The position numbers and the translations under genes were made by a program. The notes below the pieces were generated by a model. The model saw only the letters and a list, made by a program, of their open reading frames with translations, made no database searches and had not been told where the DNA came from. Below are positions 62,376 through 64,000 of a DNA stretch of 64,000 nucleotides, one piece after another (positions within the stretch are counted from its first letter, which is position 1; the number at the start of each line of letters is the position of its first letter). The stretch covers positions 2,496,001 through 2,560,000 of the forward strand of contig OY762463.1 of the NCBI GenBank assembly GCA_963665815.1, written 5' to 3'. The DNA comes from Candidatus Cloacimonadales bacterium (GTDB lineage: Bacteria > Cloacimonadota > Cloacimonadia > Cloacimonadales > JAIOQZ01).

Positions 62376-63578
62376 TTACTCCTCAATCTGTTTCCTTACA
62401 GAGTTAGTAAGTGATTCAACAGAACCTTTGCCGTCTTCAACTCTTTCTCTGAGTTTCTGAGAAAGCTTAGTCAGTCTCTGGCTTGTTGCAGCACCGTTAT
62501 TGATGATTTCCTTATTAGCATTAGCCTGCTTTTTGAAAAGGTCATCAAGCTGATTACATGCTTCTTCCAGTTTATCGATGTTTACAATAGCTTCTGATCT
62601 GGCTTTTGTAATCTGATCACCTGTTTTATTAAGGCTCTTTGCTGTATCAACAAGTGTATTACCTATCGCTTCCTTAAGACCTTCCGTCACTTTTACCGAA
62701 GCACTTAATTCCGCCGCAACTACTGCAAGACCAAGACTGGCAAGAATGGATCTTTCCAGCAGATTAGACATTCTTTTAATATTGTCAAGCTGCTGAATAG
62801 TCAGTTTTGCTACCATCTGCGATCCTGCAAAAAACTGCAGATTAACATTTTCCTCCGTCTGAAGTGAGTTAATAACCGTTGTTACTGTAGCCAGAACTTC
62901 TTCTACATTCTGCTTTGAAATACCTTCCGGTAGAGTTGCTACATAAGCTGTAAGCTGATTGTGTATTCTCTGACCGATATATATGTCTCTTTCTATAAGC
63001 TGCTGCCCGGAAAGCAGCCCTTTATATATTGCATCAAGTTGAATCAGGTCAGATTTCAGCCCTTCTGAAATCTCCCACAATGTTTTCTTGATACCAGTTA
63101 AGGTTGATTTAACTGTCTCGCGTCTTTCATAGATCATGGATAAAACTTTTTCTGAACCCGGAAGTCCGGTTTTCTTGAACAGAAAAGCTACTTTGGTTGT
63201 TACTGGCTGTTGTTTGAGAACTGCCGGATTGATAAAATCTGTAGCTTTCTTGAACTCAAGCAGGGTTGCATTCTTAAGAGATCCTTCCTGATTGTCTTTC
63301 ATCAGAGTAGCTATCTTTTTATCATAAAGTTCAACCTGAGGCATCATAGCTCTGGAACCGTCGTCACCGAGAGAGTTTATTTCCTGAGAGAGCATGATGT
63401 CATTCGGGTTTGTTTTCACTTTTTCCATGAACTTATCTGCAATCATGTTTGCTTCCTGTTCTTTGTCGGCATCCATCCATTTTGGTTTTGCAGGTGCAAG
63501 TCCTTCAGATACCGATAAAGTCGGAACTAATTCACTTACTTCGTTTTGTGGAATTTCTGCTACTTGTGTATCTGCCAT
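62376..63578 (-). CDS. Toxic anion resistance protein TelA/KlaA-like
   Basis: 400-aa helical coiled-coil protein downstream of an XpaC-like gene. Confidence 0.7.
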   Translation of the reverse strand: MADTQVAEIPQNEVSELVPTLSVSEGLAPAKPKWMDADKEQEANMIADKFMEKVKTNPNDIMLSQEINSLGDDGSRAMMPQVELYDKKIATLMKDNQEGSLKNATLLEFKKATDFINPAVLKQQPVTTKVAFLFKKTGLPGSEKVLSMIYERRETVKSTLTGIKKTLWEISEGLKSDLIQLDAIYKGLLSGQQLIERDIYIGQRIHNQLTAYVATLPEGISKQNVEEVLATVTTVINSLQTEENVNLQFFAGSQMVAKLTIQQLDNIKRMSNLLERSILASLGLAVVAAELSASVKVTEGLKEAIGNTLVDTAKSLNKTGDQITKARSEAIVNIDKLEEACNQLDDLFKKQANANKEIINNGAATSQRLTKLSQKLRERVEDGKGSVESLTNSVRKQIEE

Positions 63579-63591
63579 TTTTACTCTCCTT

Positions 63592-63999
63592 CTATTTTAA
63601 TAGATTTGAAAATCTTAAACTTATCTCGTTTGCTTTCATATCAAAATCAGCAACTTGAGCGCTGCTTGTCAGTTCTTCTATACTTTTGAGTTCTCCGAGT
63701 AAAGCTTTCAGGCTCTGCTTGAAGTTCTCACTTTGTTCCTGTCTTTTAGCTTCATTTAAAGTGATGTATGCTTTCAGGATATCTGGTAGATAACCGGTTG
63801 CAATCTTTTCTGTCTGCCAGGTGATTTCTTTATCCGGAAACTTGTTCTTCATATGAGGAATCAGGATTATCAGTTGATCGATAATAGATTCCAAGTTTGT
63901 CAGATGTGGAATTCCTTCTACTCTGGCATCAATATTCAGCTTAAGCAGAGATTTTTTAAGTACATCCTGAGGATCTTCTTTTTGGGTTGTTTTTTTCAC
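63592..63999 (-). CDS. XpaC-like helical protein (possibly 5'-truncated)
   Basis: YLPDILKAY..L motif; upstream of the telA-like gene; reaches the window edge. Confidence 0.5.
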   Translation of the reverse strand: MKKTTQKEDPQDVLKKSLLKLNIDARVEGIPHLTNLESIIDQLIILIPHMKNKFPDKEITWQTEKIATGYLPDILKAYITLNEAKRQEQSENFKQSLKALLGELKSIEELTSSAQVADFDMKANEISLRFSNLLK

Positions 64000-64000
64000 T

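Noticed and set aside
1205-63658. Numerous short antisense or overlapping ORFs in the track, and ORFs inside repeat regions (e.g. 12404, 29833, 31373, 32683, 34801-35136, 38688)
   Set aside because: Shadows of longer well-supported genes or translations of palindromic repeats

Overview
AT-rich bacterial chromosome segment. SprA, Mla and methylmalonyl-CoA mutase suggest an FCB-group diderm, plausibly Cloacimonadota (inference). Housekeeping and envelope genes: 5'-truncated sprA/sov, MATE+TetR, multi-HAMP chemoreceptor, GT9, PPIase, HTH-PTS IIA, purE, an Mla/MCE ABC operon, hslO, tRNA-Asp and two-subunit methylmalonyl-CoA mutase. Between them lie accessory modules: an AT-rich histidine kinase/receiver/membrane trio, a Zn-ribbon-TIR gene, HigB-HigA(ImmA)-Mrr-like nuclease, a HEXXH peptidase with four beta-propeller lipoproteins, a fused nuclease-N6-MTase + HsdS restriction system, and a TelA/DUF4178/DUF2617/DUF350/spermidine synthase/K+ channel operon. 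The most striking structure not in the ORF track is at 28.8-32.9 kb. Three exported orphan genes are each preceded by a stub of a lost upstream gene (one has the Rhs-core motif QEDHYYPFGM, one a hydrolase-like tail). Each stub is joined at the same nucleotide to a near-identical promoter/RBS module next to GTAG-type REP-like palindromes, resembling an array of captured orphan immunity genes. Several GTAG-REP families, a 256-bp MITE, tRNA 3'-end repeats and a multi-stem RNA leader upstream of the mutase operon are also visible.
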